From Gonapodya sp. JEL0774 (Eukaryota): a stretch of DNA of 35,032 nt. How positions within the stretch are numbered: position 1 is the first letter of the stretch; each line of letters begins with the position of its first letter. Both the position numbers and the translations under genes were made by a program. Positions 22,767 to 35,032 of this stretch are shown piece after piece. Where the stretch lies: contig JADIIX010000188.1 of NCBI GenBank assembly GCA_027604505.1, positions 1-35,032 of the forward strand, in the 5' to 3' direction. The notes under the pieces are model-generated. The model made no database searches, was not told the DNA's origin, and worked only from the letters and a program-made list of their open reading frames with translations.

Positions 22767-25700
22767 TCATGCCTGCCCACCTCCACCTCCCGCAACCCAC
22801 CCCCCTGCTCCCACCTGCGCCAGTCCAAATCCTCCATGATCGCTCTTCCTCGGCAGTCTACTGCCCCCCGCGGGCCTCCTGGCCGCCAAACTCGTGGGTA
22901 CAGGTAGACCGCTCGTTCCCCCACCAGCAGCCATCACCATACCCCCAACGCCTGTCCCAGCTCCCACCCCACCAAATTCGCCGACCGCCGCACCCGATGC
23001 GGATGTCGTGGTTGACGTAGCTGTCAGAGGAGGGCTCAAAGGTGCCGTCATCCCGTTCGCAAAGCCAATCCCTTTCACCCCGTTGCCCGCACCGGGACTG
23101 GCCGGTCCCGGATACGTATGCGGATGCGGCTGCGGCACAGGGGACATGGCGTTCGGAGGCGGTAGCGCAGCATCAGCCGGGGCCGACCCAGGCGCCGCTG
23201 TGGCAGAGAGTGCCGGGGAAAGTGGTCCACGAGGGGACGGGACGTGGTTCGGGTACGGAGCGGGCGCTATAGCAGGTTGAGGTCGCGGTGTCGGGGGTGC
23301 TCCGGCGGCAAAGCGGGGCGAGTGTGGTTGGTGCGGGTAGCAGTGCGGCGCGTCGTGCGCGGCAGTGGGCATAGTGGAGCTCGTGTTCCCGTTCTGGTGT
23401 TCTACAGTCACCGGTACTACCCTCACTCTGCCCAACCCCGTCGGCGTCGGTGTCGTTGCTCCACCATCTACATCCACGTTTTGTCCCACCCTCCCATTCC
23501 CCTGACCTTGCCCGTCCCCAAATGGCCCAGGCGACGTCTTACCCCTTGTCACCAACCTCCTGGCCGCAGCCAACTCCTGCAACAGTTCCGCGAGACTCGT
23601 AGGCTCCGAGGACGAGGACGGGGTGTGAGAATGACCACGGTGGCCGTTGATGGCGCCTGCTCCGCCGAATGCTGTGCCAACACCGGCCATGCCCATTCCC
23701 GTTCCTCCATACAACCCCCCTCCGGTGCCGAAAGGGTACGTGTACATGGAACTCGGTGAGGACAGGCCGGACATAGCGGGGCTCATGAGGGGGCTGAAGG
23801 GGCCTGGGGAGGGCGGAGGGGACCTGAAAATAACGTGCAAGGTGATGGTGCAATGAGTGAGGAGTTGGTGAGGAATTAAATCATGGCAGCACCACACGTG
23901 CCGCCCAGTTTTACTGCTCGCTACTCACAATTCCCCCACGGCCATCTCCCGATCCACCACCCCCTCGTCCTCCTCCCCCTCCACGAGTCCCACTGGTGGC
24001 TCCTCATCGGTGATGGACGCCCGATCCGACGGTCCGGACGGGGACGCGAGCGAAGCCAACGAGAGCAAGCTGAGACTCGACGAGAGGCGTCGGTGGTGGC
24101 GTGCGCCGGGCGCGGGGAGGGCGGCAGTCCAGGCGGATGGGATGGTGGGGAGGGCGAGGGTGGCGACGGGGGGGTTTGCGGGGGTGGGGGCAGAGGGGAA
24201 GTTGACGGGGGCAATGGCGGATACGGGTGTGGGGCGGGCGAGGCCCGATGGGCGGTTTGAGGGTGGATGGAGGGAGGGTTGGGGGCCGGGATGGGGGGGT
24301 TGGGGAGCAGGAGCGGAGACTGGATGTGCGGGTGATATGGGCGCACGATAGGCAACGGGGAGCGGTTGTGCCGGAGGTGGTGCTTGCGATTGCACCTGCG
24401 GTTGCACTTGCTCTTGCACTTGCCCCGCACCCGCAGCACTCCCTGCCTGAGCCGTGGCCTGCCCGCCTTGCCCGCCCAGCCACCCTCCACCCCCTCGTAC
24501 CCACTTTACCGCCCCGGCGGTCCCACCGGCCCCTTCGTCCGATCCACCCGACACCGCCGCGGCCACAGGTCTCGCTGCCCGGTGGGCCGCGGGGCGGGAG
24601 AGGGATCGAGCCCGGCGTGCCGGCGTGGTTGTTGTCGCTGGTGCGGGGGCGGGGGCGGCAAGGGGACGGGACAACGGGGGCGGCGCTGCGCCACCGATGG
24701 GTGCGGCGCGGGGACCAGTTGTGGGTGGCGTGTAAGTGCGTGGTGCGGGGGGTGGAGGTCGGGAAGTGGGTGGTGTGGCGATTGGGTGGGTTGGATTGTT
24801 TGAAGAGGCAGGCGGGGTTTTGGCCGCGGTGGTGCGGCGGGAGGTGAGGGGTGTGCGTGGGGAGGCGGACGTGACGTCGGAGTTGGATGTGGTGTCAGAT
24901 GCGACACGGTCACGGTCCCTGTCGCGGTCTCGTTCGCGATCTCGAGATTTGGGCACTGGGGGAGGAGGGCGCGACCTGCCCCGTGGAGGGTCAGGAATCG
25001 CGGACGACGAGTCCCATCCTCCGCCGTATTCGGAAAACTGTGGAGTAGGGCGAGGGGTAAGTTTGGGTGCGGGTCGGGGAGGAGGTTTGGAAGGTGCGGG
25101 TTTGGATACGGGTGGCAGAGGAGGTGTGGGGAGGTGCGGAGGAGCGGAGTCCTGCACGAGGTCGGGGGAGGGTGCCCAGCGCACAACGGGAGTGGAGTGA
25201 GGAGGAGGTTGCTGAGACTGCGGGTTGGGAAGGAGGTCTCGTGGGGGTTGAGGAAGGGTCGCGGATGATTCGGGCAGTGAGGAGATGAAGGCGTCGAGCT
25301 TTCCCGAGAGATGGAGCAGACGGAGGTCCTCGGCAGAAATGTGGGCGGGGAGTTGAGGATTTGGTAAGAGTGGTGGATTTTGCTGGTTTTGCGGAATTTG
25401 TGCGTTATGAGGGATTTGTTGCATCGGTGGTTTGAAGTGTTGGAGGAGCGGGTCGTAGGAGTCGTCGGGGTCGGCCAGGGCAGGGGGTGGAGGAGCAGGA
25501 GAGTGCTGGCGGGGAAGGACGATGGGCGGCGGAGGAGGAGAGCGGACGTGCGGCGATTGCAGTTGTTGTCCCACTTGGACCAGTAGTTTCCCCACATTGC
25601 TGCCCGTCGTGCTCGTCGTGCTCGTCGTCGCAGCCGCTCCCGTTTGCACTTTTTGCAATCTCCACCACTGTTTGAGTCTCTGCCAGGCTCGTTCTGTCCA

Positions 25701-26096
25701 CCTGCCGAGCGTGTCCATCAAGGTTGCCGCCAGCAGCACCGCGACCACACGTTCCTCGCCCGCCAACTGGATCCAGCGCAGGGCGACGAGGGGGACAACC
25801 AGGCAGAATGCGAGCATGGCTGCCGTCCACAGAGCGAATGACGTCACCACCAGTAACGGAATCCACGGACTCGGGAAAAGAGGCGATGCCAGCTGTCGGT
25901 ACACCGATCCCCACGGTGTTCCCGCCGCGCCCGCCCAGCCTGTACTTCTGGCCATCGCAGTCCCCACTCCTACCGCATCTGCCGCATCTGCCGCACCCGC
26001 CACGGCGCCTGTACCCGCAGCCGCGCGCAGATTTTCCCGCCAACTGCGCCGAATGTGCATGCCCCCGATGGCAGCGCGGGCGTCTGTCCCCGTCAT
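22767..26096 (-). CDS. Large (about 1074 aa) Pro/Ala/Gly-rich low-complexity protein with an N-terminal hydrophobic hairpin, function unknown
   Basis: Open frames 26096-23929 and 23823-22767 are joined by intron 23928-23824 (GTGAGT...TTTTCAG, phase 2). Hydrophobic segments WIPLLVVTSFALWTAAMLAFCLVVPLVAL and VVAVLLAATLM. Confidence 0.7.
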
Positions 26097-26384
26097 CGAA
26101 CAGCTGATAGTGCCAGGATTGTTTGTGTAATGTTCAGTTTCTGTGGATCGAATCGGTCTTTCTTGAGAATCGGGTTGGGTGCTCCAATGGGTTTGTGGGG
26201 TGTGTGTTTGAGCTGTGTTGGGTGGCTTGCAGGCACCTTGCACATGCAAAGCACAAATTAGTTCTGGCACTCACCTACAAAAACCCCAAATACGAAAATC
26301 TGAAATTCATCACTTGAGCGCAAGATTCACACGTTTTTCTCGCCGCTTCTTCTCTTTCTGTTCTCATCAGCAATCTTTCATTTC

Positions 26385-27800
26385 ATGCCGATGCTTGATA
26401 CGTCGTGGTCTTTGGACCAAGTCAGACGTGAAGCTTTGAAGCGTGTCGTGCTGATTGGAAATCGCGACTTTCGACAACCAAGCCGGTTCCCACCCAATAA
26501 CACCCTTCTTCGCGTCACTTCGGCTGCGTAGCTCAAGTCATAAGCCCGGTCGGTTCCCAAGTGAGTCTCCCTCTATCACACCTCGGAGAGGCCTGTACCG
26601 CTGTCCCCCCTACACATTCAAGGATGAGTCACAGGGAGATTGAGACAAAAGCACCAAAAATGTCTACTCGATGAAAAGGTGGTTCCTTCATGAAAGGACT
26701 GCCCAATATTGTTCCTACTGAAGGGATGTGTGTGGACCAGGTGGTCAGGTGGTTGCGAACGCCGAGACGTTCTTCTTTGGAGCCGTTTGATTGGTGCACG
26801 ATTGTGTTTTCTAAACAGTCATACTGCAGTTTCCTTTCCTTTTGCAGGGTTGATATTCTGGGGTTTGTTCATTATTCACAGGCTCACATGGAGTCGTCAT
26901 TTGCACTTCTGGGACAACGAAAAAGCGCCAACACACCCGCTCCCAACTGAAGCATCCACCTATCGAAGTTACGCAATATCTCTTGAATACCACAGAGGGT
27001 CCCTTTGATATCTTGTCTTGGTGAGTGAGGGTGCGTTCGTTCGACGCGGTCCCAACGTGTCTGTCTGGCTTTGTCACTCAATGCGGAGATAACATCCGAG
27101 CGCGCGTGTGGGGATCTTGAATGCATGTATTGGGTCATTATGCATGTATCTCGTGAATACATTCATGCGGATACACTCGTACGAAAGGTCCAATGGTTCT
27201 GGTATTGTCACCTCATCAGCTCATTTATCACCATTCTCAATACTTCTGGTCGAATCATCCAATATAATCAGAAGTCCAAAATGTGGAGCAGGGGAGAAAA
27301 TTCTCCTGGAATTCATGCTCACCTCTTACAATGTGGTCCCCAACACGCTGAGCCAAGCACACATTTCGTAATTGTATCCTATTGTGAAAATCACGGATCT
27401 TTCTCGTTTCGTCACCTCGTAGCAAAACCTATCTTCTCCGGTTCGCGGTTTCCTTCCCCATACTATTCCTGTGCCTCGGTGTCACAGCCATGTATAATAC
27501 ATGTGAGAGCATCTTCTGCTCAGCACACGAAAGGGTGTGGCAACGCCGGTCCCTCATTGTTTGTTGAGGCGTCAAGGATTGTGCCAAGTATTTTGAGAAT
27601 CCCATATGAATCGAGTGAGAGTCACGTACGAGCATGAATCTTTTATACGACCCAAAGAGTTCTTTTGCCCCGAACCTTGGCTCAGATACAAGAATTTCAT
27701 AATGTCGGAACAGAGGGGTGTTCAGGGTTATTGGGTCGGGCAAAACGATTTTCCCACGTTCGATACGGCGCATCTGAGTTGCAACGCAAACACGGCGTGA
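26385..27800 (+). pseudogene. Possible degenerate multi-exon gene, perhaps ankyrin-repeat-like
   Basis: Several donor/acceptor-like sites (e.g. GTGAGT near 26561 and 27021) bound short frames such as VLLWSRLIGSHGVV, HPPIEVTQYLLN, GEKILLEFML and YLLRFAV. No stop-free complete model could be built. Confidence 0.2.
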
Positions 27801-28003
27801 CGCGCACGATCCGAACGTATTTTTCGTCAGCTGATCTATAATCAAAGGTCCAAGTACTTCGGAAAATCAAAGGACGCCCCCCCGCCACGCTGTGTGTGGC
27901 TTGGTGGTGGGAAGGCTGTGTGCGATGGAACCGTTTGTTCTGATATATCAGCGCATTCTTTGATTCCATCACGCATCGCATCGCATCGTCGCTCTCCCCC
28001 GAC

Positions 28004-29241
28004 ATGTCCGCTCGAATCTTCTCCGCAGTACTCGCTCTTGCTCTTGTTGCTTCTTCAGCGCTCGCCCAGGTTCGTTCCAGTTGAGCTTCGTCGTCAGGCG
28101 TGTCCCACCAGGAGAGCTCATGTTCTCGGTTGATGTTCCAGACCGCATCACTTGGATACCATCCCGGTATCAGAGTATGGGAGGGCCCTTCGTTCACAGG
28201 GGAATCTGGCGAGACCGGCGGTGTTTACGGTTGCTTGTGAGTCGTGATATGTGAGGTTTTGCGAATGTGTACGTAATGAATCGCTGTTCACCTTTATCCA
28301 GCGGTATCAAACGCACCGTGAATATTCGATCATACAAGGTCACAGCGAACACGACAGTGAAGTTTTATTCTGGTGCGTCTCGGGGGTTCGGCGGAAAGAA
28401 GAACGCAGTGGATGTGCTCATGAACCGACCTTGTTATCCCCCCACGCAGAACTGGATTGTAAAGGAGAGATTTTGGAAAAGAGCTCAAAAGATGATGCCG
28501 ATGTTTACTTCTCAGCCAAGCCTCTGAGCGTGAGGTGAGTACGTGTCTCGGTGACAGGTACGAGACGCAAGCTCACACGTTTCCGGGATTCCAGACTCGA
28601 AGACTACGACTTGGTCCCTATCCCCACCTACACAACCAAGGCAGTGGCCGTTCTGAGTGGTAACTCCACCGCCCGCGGCAAGGTGACCTTCACCCAGGTC
28701 GTCCACAACGAGCCCACAACGGTCTTGGTCAACATTACCGGCCTGGCTCCGGGAAAGCACGGTCTGCACATTCAGTGAGTGTTCAAAACTCGAATTTTTT
28801 TAAGTGCATCTTTTGTGTGAACACATGCTTGTACGTCGTCTTTTTCCAGCGTGACCGGTGACCTGAGCAATGGGTGCGCCAGCTTGGGCCTTCACTGGAA
28901 CCCTTTCAACGTGACCCACGGAGACATTGACGCTGCTGTTCACCACGAAGGTGATCTCGGCAACGTCGTGGCCGACGAAAAGGGAAACGTCGTCACCACT
29001 CTCAAGACCAACCACGTCACGTTGGTTGGGCATCTCAGCGTGATTGGCCGTGGTATTATCATCCATGCAGACCAAGACGATTTGGGCCTGGGAACTTTTG
29101 CGGACTCGAAAACTGTCGGACACTCGGGGTCGAGGTTGGCCTGCGGTATTATTGGTGAGTGAATGGAAATGATCACCAAAAGCGAGTTCCTTTGATTGAA
29201 CCAGTCACCTACACAACCACATAGGAATCGCCGCCGCTTGA
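28004..29241 (+). CDS. Secreted Cu/Zn superoxide dismutase fused to an N-terminal beta/gamma-crystallin-like domain (272 aa)
   Basis: Exons 28004-28069, 28142-28236, 28302-28372, 28450-28534, 28595-28774, 28850-29154, 29225-29241 (819 nt, all GT-AG, phases match). Signal [24 protein letters not shown] motifs [53 protein letters not shown]. Confidence 0.9.
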
Positions 29242-29608
29242 TGTCATCGTTTGATTGAATTTTGTACATTACTTTAGAACTCACTCGTTTTAGCGCATTA
29301 AGGATATTTCACACAATTGAGTTGTGACGCTTTCGTGACTTGCTGAAAATATAGGCAAGCATATTGTCTCTGAAAGATGTAAATTCGCTTTATATACAGT
29401 CTATGATTTGTGAAGGGGCAGCATTCTGGTGGAAGACATCGTAGATGGGCCAGACACCTAAACTCATCCATTCCCGTCCACCTCTGAGCGGAGTCCTCCG
29501 CACGAAGTGCCATATTGCGCGCACTTCCTCGCGACGTCTTCGCGGGTCTTCGGCTCTTTCAATACCCCAAGGACTTCGTGCGGGACGTCATCAGATCCTG
29601 CAATCCTC

Positions 29609-32600
29609 ATGTTCATGAGGTCTGCCCAGAATTCTCCTGCCCCTCAGCGCCGCCGAGATAATACATTAGTGGACCCACGTGTGGGAGGGTTCGAGACCTC
29701 GGCATTTGTTGCCCGTAACTCCTCCGTCAAAATCTCGGGCTTCAACTCCAAAACGTCCATGCCATCCGAAAGCGTGCTCGGGCAGCGCAAAGGGAGCGTT
29801 GCTACGGTGGATACCGCAACAACGTTGCATCCACCTTCTATTACTAACTTGATGTCGCCAGAGACAGTCAAGGGACGTGGGAATGTTCGTGCGAATGTGA
29901 TGGACCCAATGGAATCGCTGGGGAAGGTAAGCTGTTCTCGACGAGTTTACAGTCTTCTTTTCGGGGGCTAATTAAACTGAGTGCCTTGGTATTGTGCCTC
30001 TATTTCTTCTGGAGGTCGATTCATACCTCGTGGGGATGCAAATGCACGACGTTTCAATTCCCTACCCACAAATATCTCACAGCCGTGTTCAATCTCGAGA
30101 AGAAGAACTCAATCGTCGTGAGACGCCCATCAAATCTGCCCTGTCAGATCGTTCAGTGGATACAGTGCTCGATGTATCTCCAATCTACCCAGCAGTGCAT
30201 CCTGGGAAAGGACTCTCACCCCCCCTCAGTCGCGGGCTCTCTCGACGTGTCCAAGAAATTCAAACCCCTCCTCGGAAAGATTCACTCGGAGCTGTCGTAG
30301 CGACATCATCGCCTCCCGTCAAACACGTTTCGCAATCCAAGCCCGTTCAATCTCCTTCGATTATTCCCCCTCGCTTTGACTCTCTGACACAGGGTGTCGG
30401 AGTCCGCTCTCGCTCGTCTTCTGGATCTGGTAATTATGTTTATCCGACCTTCCAATTTCCAATAGGTGCCACTGGGATCTCTCTCTCGTCGGAGCCCCGT
30501 GGCGGACACACCAATGTGGGGCCTTCTACTCGAACACCTTCTTTGAAAACCCAGCATGCAACTCTTCCCGCACTTCCCACCTCCACCTCGCTACCATATT
30601 CTGATTCTTTTTTGGAGCAATCCGGGGAAGATCCTTCCCCCGCATCCGACACTACGTACCTTAATACCTCCTCGACGTCCTCCGACGTTGCCTCGTCGAG
30701 CATGTCGTCCTACATGGGTGGGAAATGGGCATCTCCGGGATCTATTTTATGGATCGCTTCACCCTTGCATGTTGCACAGGAAGCGTCCATCATGGAGGAC
30801 GATCGCGAAAAGGCAATTAGTGGTGAGGGTCAGGACCCTGGCCCTAATCCTCGGCAGCCAGAGCCACCTCAGCCGGCTCCCTCCCTTTCCCGTCGAGTTA
30901 CGTCGAAACTCAACCGCACCTTGTCAGGGCGAAAACCCGAACTCGCTGTTACGGTGTCTTCTGCTCCACTTGCCCAGGTTCCTCCTGACCTAGGAAGCAG
31001 TTGGAAGCTAACACCGGCCTCTGCTCCCGGATTTCTGGAGACTTGGGCTGGCTGGGACCTTCTCCGATTTGGTTCAGCAGGATCTCCAACTCTCGTGGAG
31101 GAACGAGCGTCAAGATCAACGAGTTTTCTTCCTAAAGCTTCTCTGACTTACTTCCCTGATCGACCTCTCTCCCTCGCCGGGCCGGTGCGGCTGTATCGTC
31201 CGCCAGCTAGCCTCTTTGCTCCCGTAGCTCGATGGATCGAAGGGTGGGCTGTTCTGGACGTTGGTAGTGTTGAGCATTCGACCGATGAATCGGGAAATGC
31301 TCCGGATATCACTCAAACTCGTACATGGAGTACCACGAAACGGACAGAGCTAGTTGTGTACGGGACTGAAGTGGTACGCTTGCACTTGATTTCTTGCCAA
31401 CGCTCGCTCGAACTCACACTTTTAGATGGCAATCTGATAGCTCCAATCCCCGATGACCTCTTCAGACTACAAATCTGCAGCGCTCACATTCACTCCAATC
31501 CTCCGTCTCCCAATTACATCAACTACTCGATTCGGAGATTCCTTCCGCTCAGATGCCGAAAATGCGTTTGTTGTGTACGACAAGGGGTTGAGCATGCGAA
31601 AACGGAGTTTTCGACGGAGCTCCACTGTCACTGGAACAAGCTCACTCGGTGTGCGGAGGTCAGGCTCATCGATCTCCCGAGAGTCGAAACTGACTGACAA
31701 GAAAGAATCAATGTCGTCGATCGCTGGGTTTGCGTCGGACTTTTCCAGACGCGTTTTTAATTTTAGCTCGGGACAAACTGCCAGCAGCAATGGAAATTCG
31801 TCGACTTCGCCTACCCCTGTGGATGCTGAAGTGAGCCCACCTGAGATTGTGGAAGGATTAGCGGAAGTATCAAGTCCAGACATTCTTCGATTCGGTGAAA
31901 CAAGTTTGCCTGCACAAGAAGAAAATTCCGACAGCAGCTGGGCGGGGGTCGTTATTGCTGCATCTGAGGCTTTTCGAATATCCGTTCTTAACAGAGTTTT
32001 AGGTGCATTTGGAGATTCGCAAATTGAAAGGGAGAGGCGGGTAGCGGCAGAATTGCAAGTTGCCACAGAAGAGGACAAGCGCATTTGGATGAAATACCTG
32101 CAGGCTGCAGCCGATATTGCAGTGGTTAAGGAATTGGGAGGCTCGGTTGATGGCCGCCAGAGCCATCGAAACTCTTTGTCGATGACAGCCAACAGAAGTG
32201 CGACTCTCCTGAGGCGGGTGAAGACGCTGCAGAAGGAAGTAACGAATACGAGCAATGAAAAAATTCTGACAAGCCCTGATAAAGCGAAAGAAACCACGTT
32301 TGGTGCACCTAGCTCCGGTGACATGGCAGTGGTAGAACCGGAAGTGCTCATCGGTGTTGGAGGGAACACCGCCAACGTACCCTCTACGACAATCTCATTC
32401 AAAGTTACCTTCACACGGGAGCAACAGGTGATACGAATACAACATTGGTGGAGGCGGCAATGGTAAGTGAGATTCTCAAGTTCCGCTTGTTTGCTGTCTC
32501 TAAAAAAGGTGTGTGACGATAATTAGGTGTTTGGCTTGGCAACCTTTCGTACCCAAGATCATTCGTATTCAAAGCGTTGCCCGTGGATTCAAGGCTCGCA

Positions 32601-34703
32601 GAATAGCTGCGAGTCTCCGACGTGCACGGCAGGTCGCAAAGTTGCAGCCACATAGGACCCGAGTCGTGATGGAGCTTCTTGGCACGGAGACGAGCTATGT
32701 TGCAGGACTCGAAACTGCGATCAAGGTATTCTTGAAGCCAATGAGAGCGATCTTTGACAGTACCACGAAGAAGGGTGGTGTTGGTAAGGCCGAAGTCGAA
32801 GCTATATTTGGGAACATCGAGGATATTGCAGAGAAGCACCAGATATTCCTCAAAGAGCTTCGAGAGGCTACAATGAGCTGGGATGAAAACACGGCGATTG
32901 CTGAAGTTTTTCTGAAAATGGTAAATTTCAAGGACAATATGGTGGTTCCGAGATTGAATCAGACTGAACATGTCGCTTTTTGCATTATTGAAATCCAGTG
33001 TACCCAGCTATACGTGTACATTCCCTACTGTAATGGGTTTGAGACGTCACACGAGACAGTCGGTGAGAAATATCTACTGCAGTTTCTGAATTAGAACCCA
33101 TAGTAACTGCTTTCACACAGAAAAATGCAGAAGGACCCCGGCATTTGAAAGTTTTTTAGAAACAGCAGGAGGTGTCCGTGCGACAAAGCGCAACGATCTG
33201 AACTCGTTCTTGATTCTTCCAGTTCAGCGGTAAGTTTGCATGGAGAAGTCCTCGTTCCTGACCAAAAACAATTTATGTGATTTCTCCCAATTTAGCATTC
33301 CTCGCTACGAGCTTCTCCTCAAAGACCTGGTAAAACATACTTGGTCGGACCATCCTGAATATGATCGTCTAGTTCTCGCATATGATCTGGTTCGGGAGGC
33401 GGCAAAGCTCCTCAATCGCGCCAAGAAGTACAATGAGAGCAAATCCAAAATTGAAAGACTGCAACAGAAGTCCTTGAATCAAGTCGCAGGTAAAACCTCG
33501 GCGAGCATTGGTTCTGGGTCACATCTCGCGCACACCCAAGAGCGGTACATTGGTGAAGGAGAGTTGTTATTCTTGGTGATAAGCAAAGCGAAAGCGGTCG
33601 GTCGAGAGAGTGGAGAAGAAGTCGAAAGACTATTTTCCTTTCTACCGCTGGCGCCCACAAATGGCCCAAATCAGGAAGCTGTCACGATCCCCTCCTGTCT
33701 TCGCCAGCACTGTCGTATGGAGGACGCCTCCGCAGGCTACCTCTTCCTTTTTGCTGATAACTTTCTGCTCACGAAACGGGCACTTGAAAAACCCAGAGGA
33801 GGATTCTTTCGGAGTAATTCAACGAAGCTTTCAGTTATTCATACCGTCAGCTTGGAGACCGCTCAGTTATTCGTGGAGGAACCAAAATCATTGTTCGGTG
33901 GCATCAACTCTGGAGCGGACTTCGCCGAGAAAGACAATGTTAACCAAATCTCTCAGTGTCGTGTGCGTTCACGAACGAGCACCCGTGAACGTGAATCATC
34001 GGTTCCCGGAACCACGGTGCCATCCGCTGCATATGCGTTCGCAGTGGAGACTCGAGTGGATGTTTATGTTTTCTGGGTTGAATCCAAAGATTTGCTTGAA
34101 AAATGGGTTGCGGTGAGCAATGACATATGTGATTGACCGCACTACTGTCTAGCACCTCTTCACATGCTCGTCCTCGTCCTCTTCTAGGACTTTCGGGAGG
34201 CCATTGAAACAGCTGAAGACCTAATCCATTCCTCAGATGTCACAAATGTTCTTTTGACCACGCCGGAAGATTCGAGTGTAGATTTGCTTTCTGTGGGATC
34301 GACACCCGCATTGACTTCAGCGTCTGGAGTAGACGGTATCCGATGGAGTCGGGAGTTTTTGAAGAAGGCGAGGCAAAGGAGAGGCCCGGCACCAGTCGTT
34401 CCAACTCAGAACAGAATAAGCAATGGAAAGGAAAGTGGAAAAGATGACAGCGAGAGGTCAGCGCCTCACAGCACAAATGATTCCATGAAGAATGGTCTTG
34501 GCCAACTCTCCAGAGCATACAGCTGGACTGCAGTAAATGGGGACCGCACTGGTAGTGAACGGAATGAAGAAAACGTAGGTGTTGTCTCAAGCCCAATTGG
34601 TGAGGTACAGTTGCGATGCGGCAGTGCTGAGTTGGTAGAGAATAATGGAAATGAAAATGTGAGCTCTCAGACACTCTTACACCCCTCACGTCGAAAGGAC
34701 TAA
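29609..34703 (+). CDS. Rho guanine nucleotide exchange factor (DH-PH) with IQ motifs and a probable interrupted N-terminal PH domain
   Basis: DH motifs VVMELLGTETSYV, IFGNIEDI, LNSFLILPVQRIPRYELLLKDLVKHT. Downstream PH motifs YIGEGEL, YLFLFADNFLLTK, LLEKWV. IQ motifs IRIQHWWRR and IRIQSVARGFKARR. Long Ser-rich N-terminus; start codon approximate. Confidence 0.88.
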
Positions 34704-35032
34704 CACTGACTTCGCAAGATTGCTTCAAAGAGAGTGCGTTCTACTGGATCATTGAGCCGTCGGAATGGACATTCTGTAAAACGCTGAGTTCGGACTTTGG
34801 TGCTCTTGAGGAATGATGAACTCTTGTTATATTATAAAATATGTTATATACAAGAAAGGTGAGGCTGCTTATTATTATCCAAGTAGCATGTATGTACGCA
34901 AGATATTATTTGTTCAGAACGTTGAAACAAAGTGTGTTCTCGGCGTACTTGGATGGCGCGAGAAGCATGCGAAACATTAAAGAGATAAGGTTGCAATGAC
35001 AGCAATAGGCAAGTGCAGAAATCTACAGGACA

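Noticed and set aside
23244..26130. Many long overlapping ORFs on both strands
   Set aside because: Expected from stop-codon scarcity in GC-rich sequence; only one frame pair splices into a coherent gene.
27697..28197. 166-aa minus-strand ORF
   Set aside because: It overlaps antisense the signal-peptide and crystallin-like exons of the SOD gene, has a GTG start, and no phase-compatible upstream exon could be attached. Probably a shadow ORF.
28267..28527. Stand-alone 86-aa ORF upstream of SOD
   Set aside because: Its first half is SOD-fusion exon 3; the rest is read-through of intron 28373-28449 and an out-of-frame exon.
31467..32414. 315-aa minus-strand ORF
   Set aside because: Antisense shadow of the RhoGEF exon with no recognisable motifs.

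Overview
Gene-dense eukaryotic genomic DNA with many short GT-AG introns (mostly about 60-150 nt). The gene set (MET16, Ppn1-like, nuclear RSM19, DHX40-like, SRSF4/5/6-like) suggests an early-diverging fungus; this is inference. Hand-spliced models give about 15 genes: the 3' end of ZFAND1/Cuz1, a small TPR-like protein, a DHX40-like helicase, two Cys-rich single-pass surface proteins, PAPS reductase, a small membrane protein, a Ppn1-like metallophosphoesterase, RBM25/Snu71, a Ubl-BAG co-chaperone, an SR splicing factor, mitochondrial uS19, a 1074-aa Pro-rich orphan, a secreted Cu/Zn superoxide dismutase, and a PH-IQ-DH-PH RhoGEF. The most notable item, invisible in the ORF track, is the 7-exon SOD gene: signal peptide + beta/gamma-crystallin-like domain + fully liganded Cu/Zn SOD. 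Also notable are signs of unproductive splicing in the SR gene and a 9-nt Cys-Cys-Val microexon. No tRNA, rRNA, CRISPR or intact mobile element was recognised. All gene models are manual and untested against transcript data.
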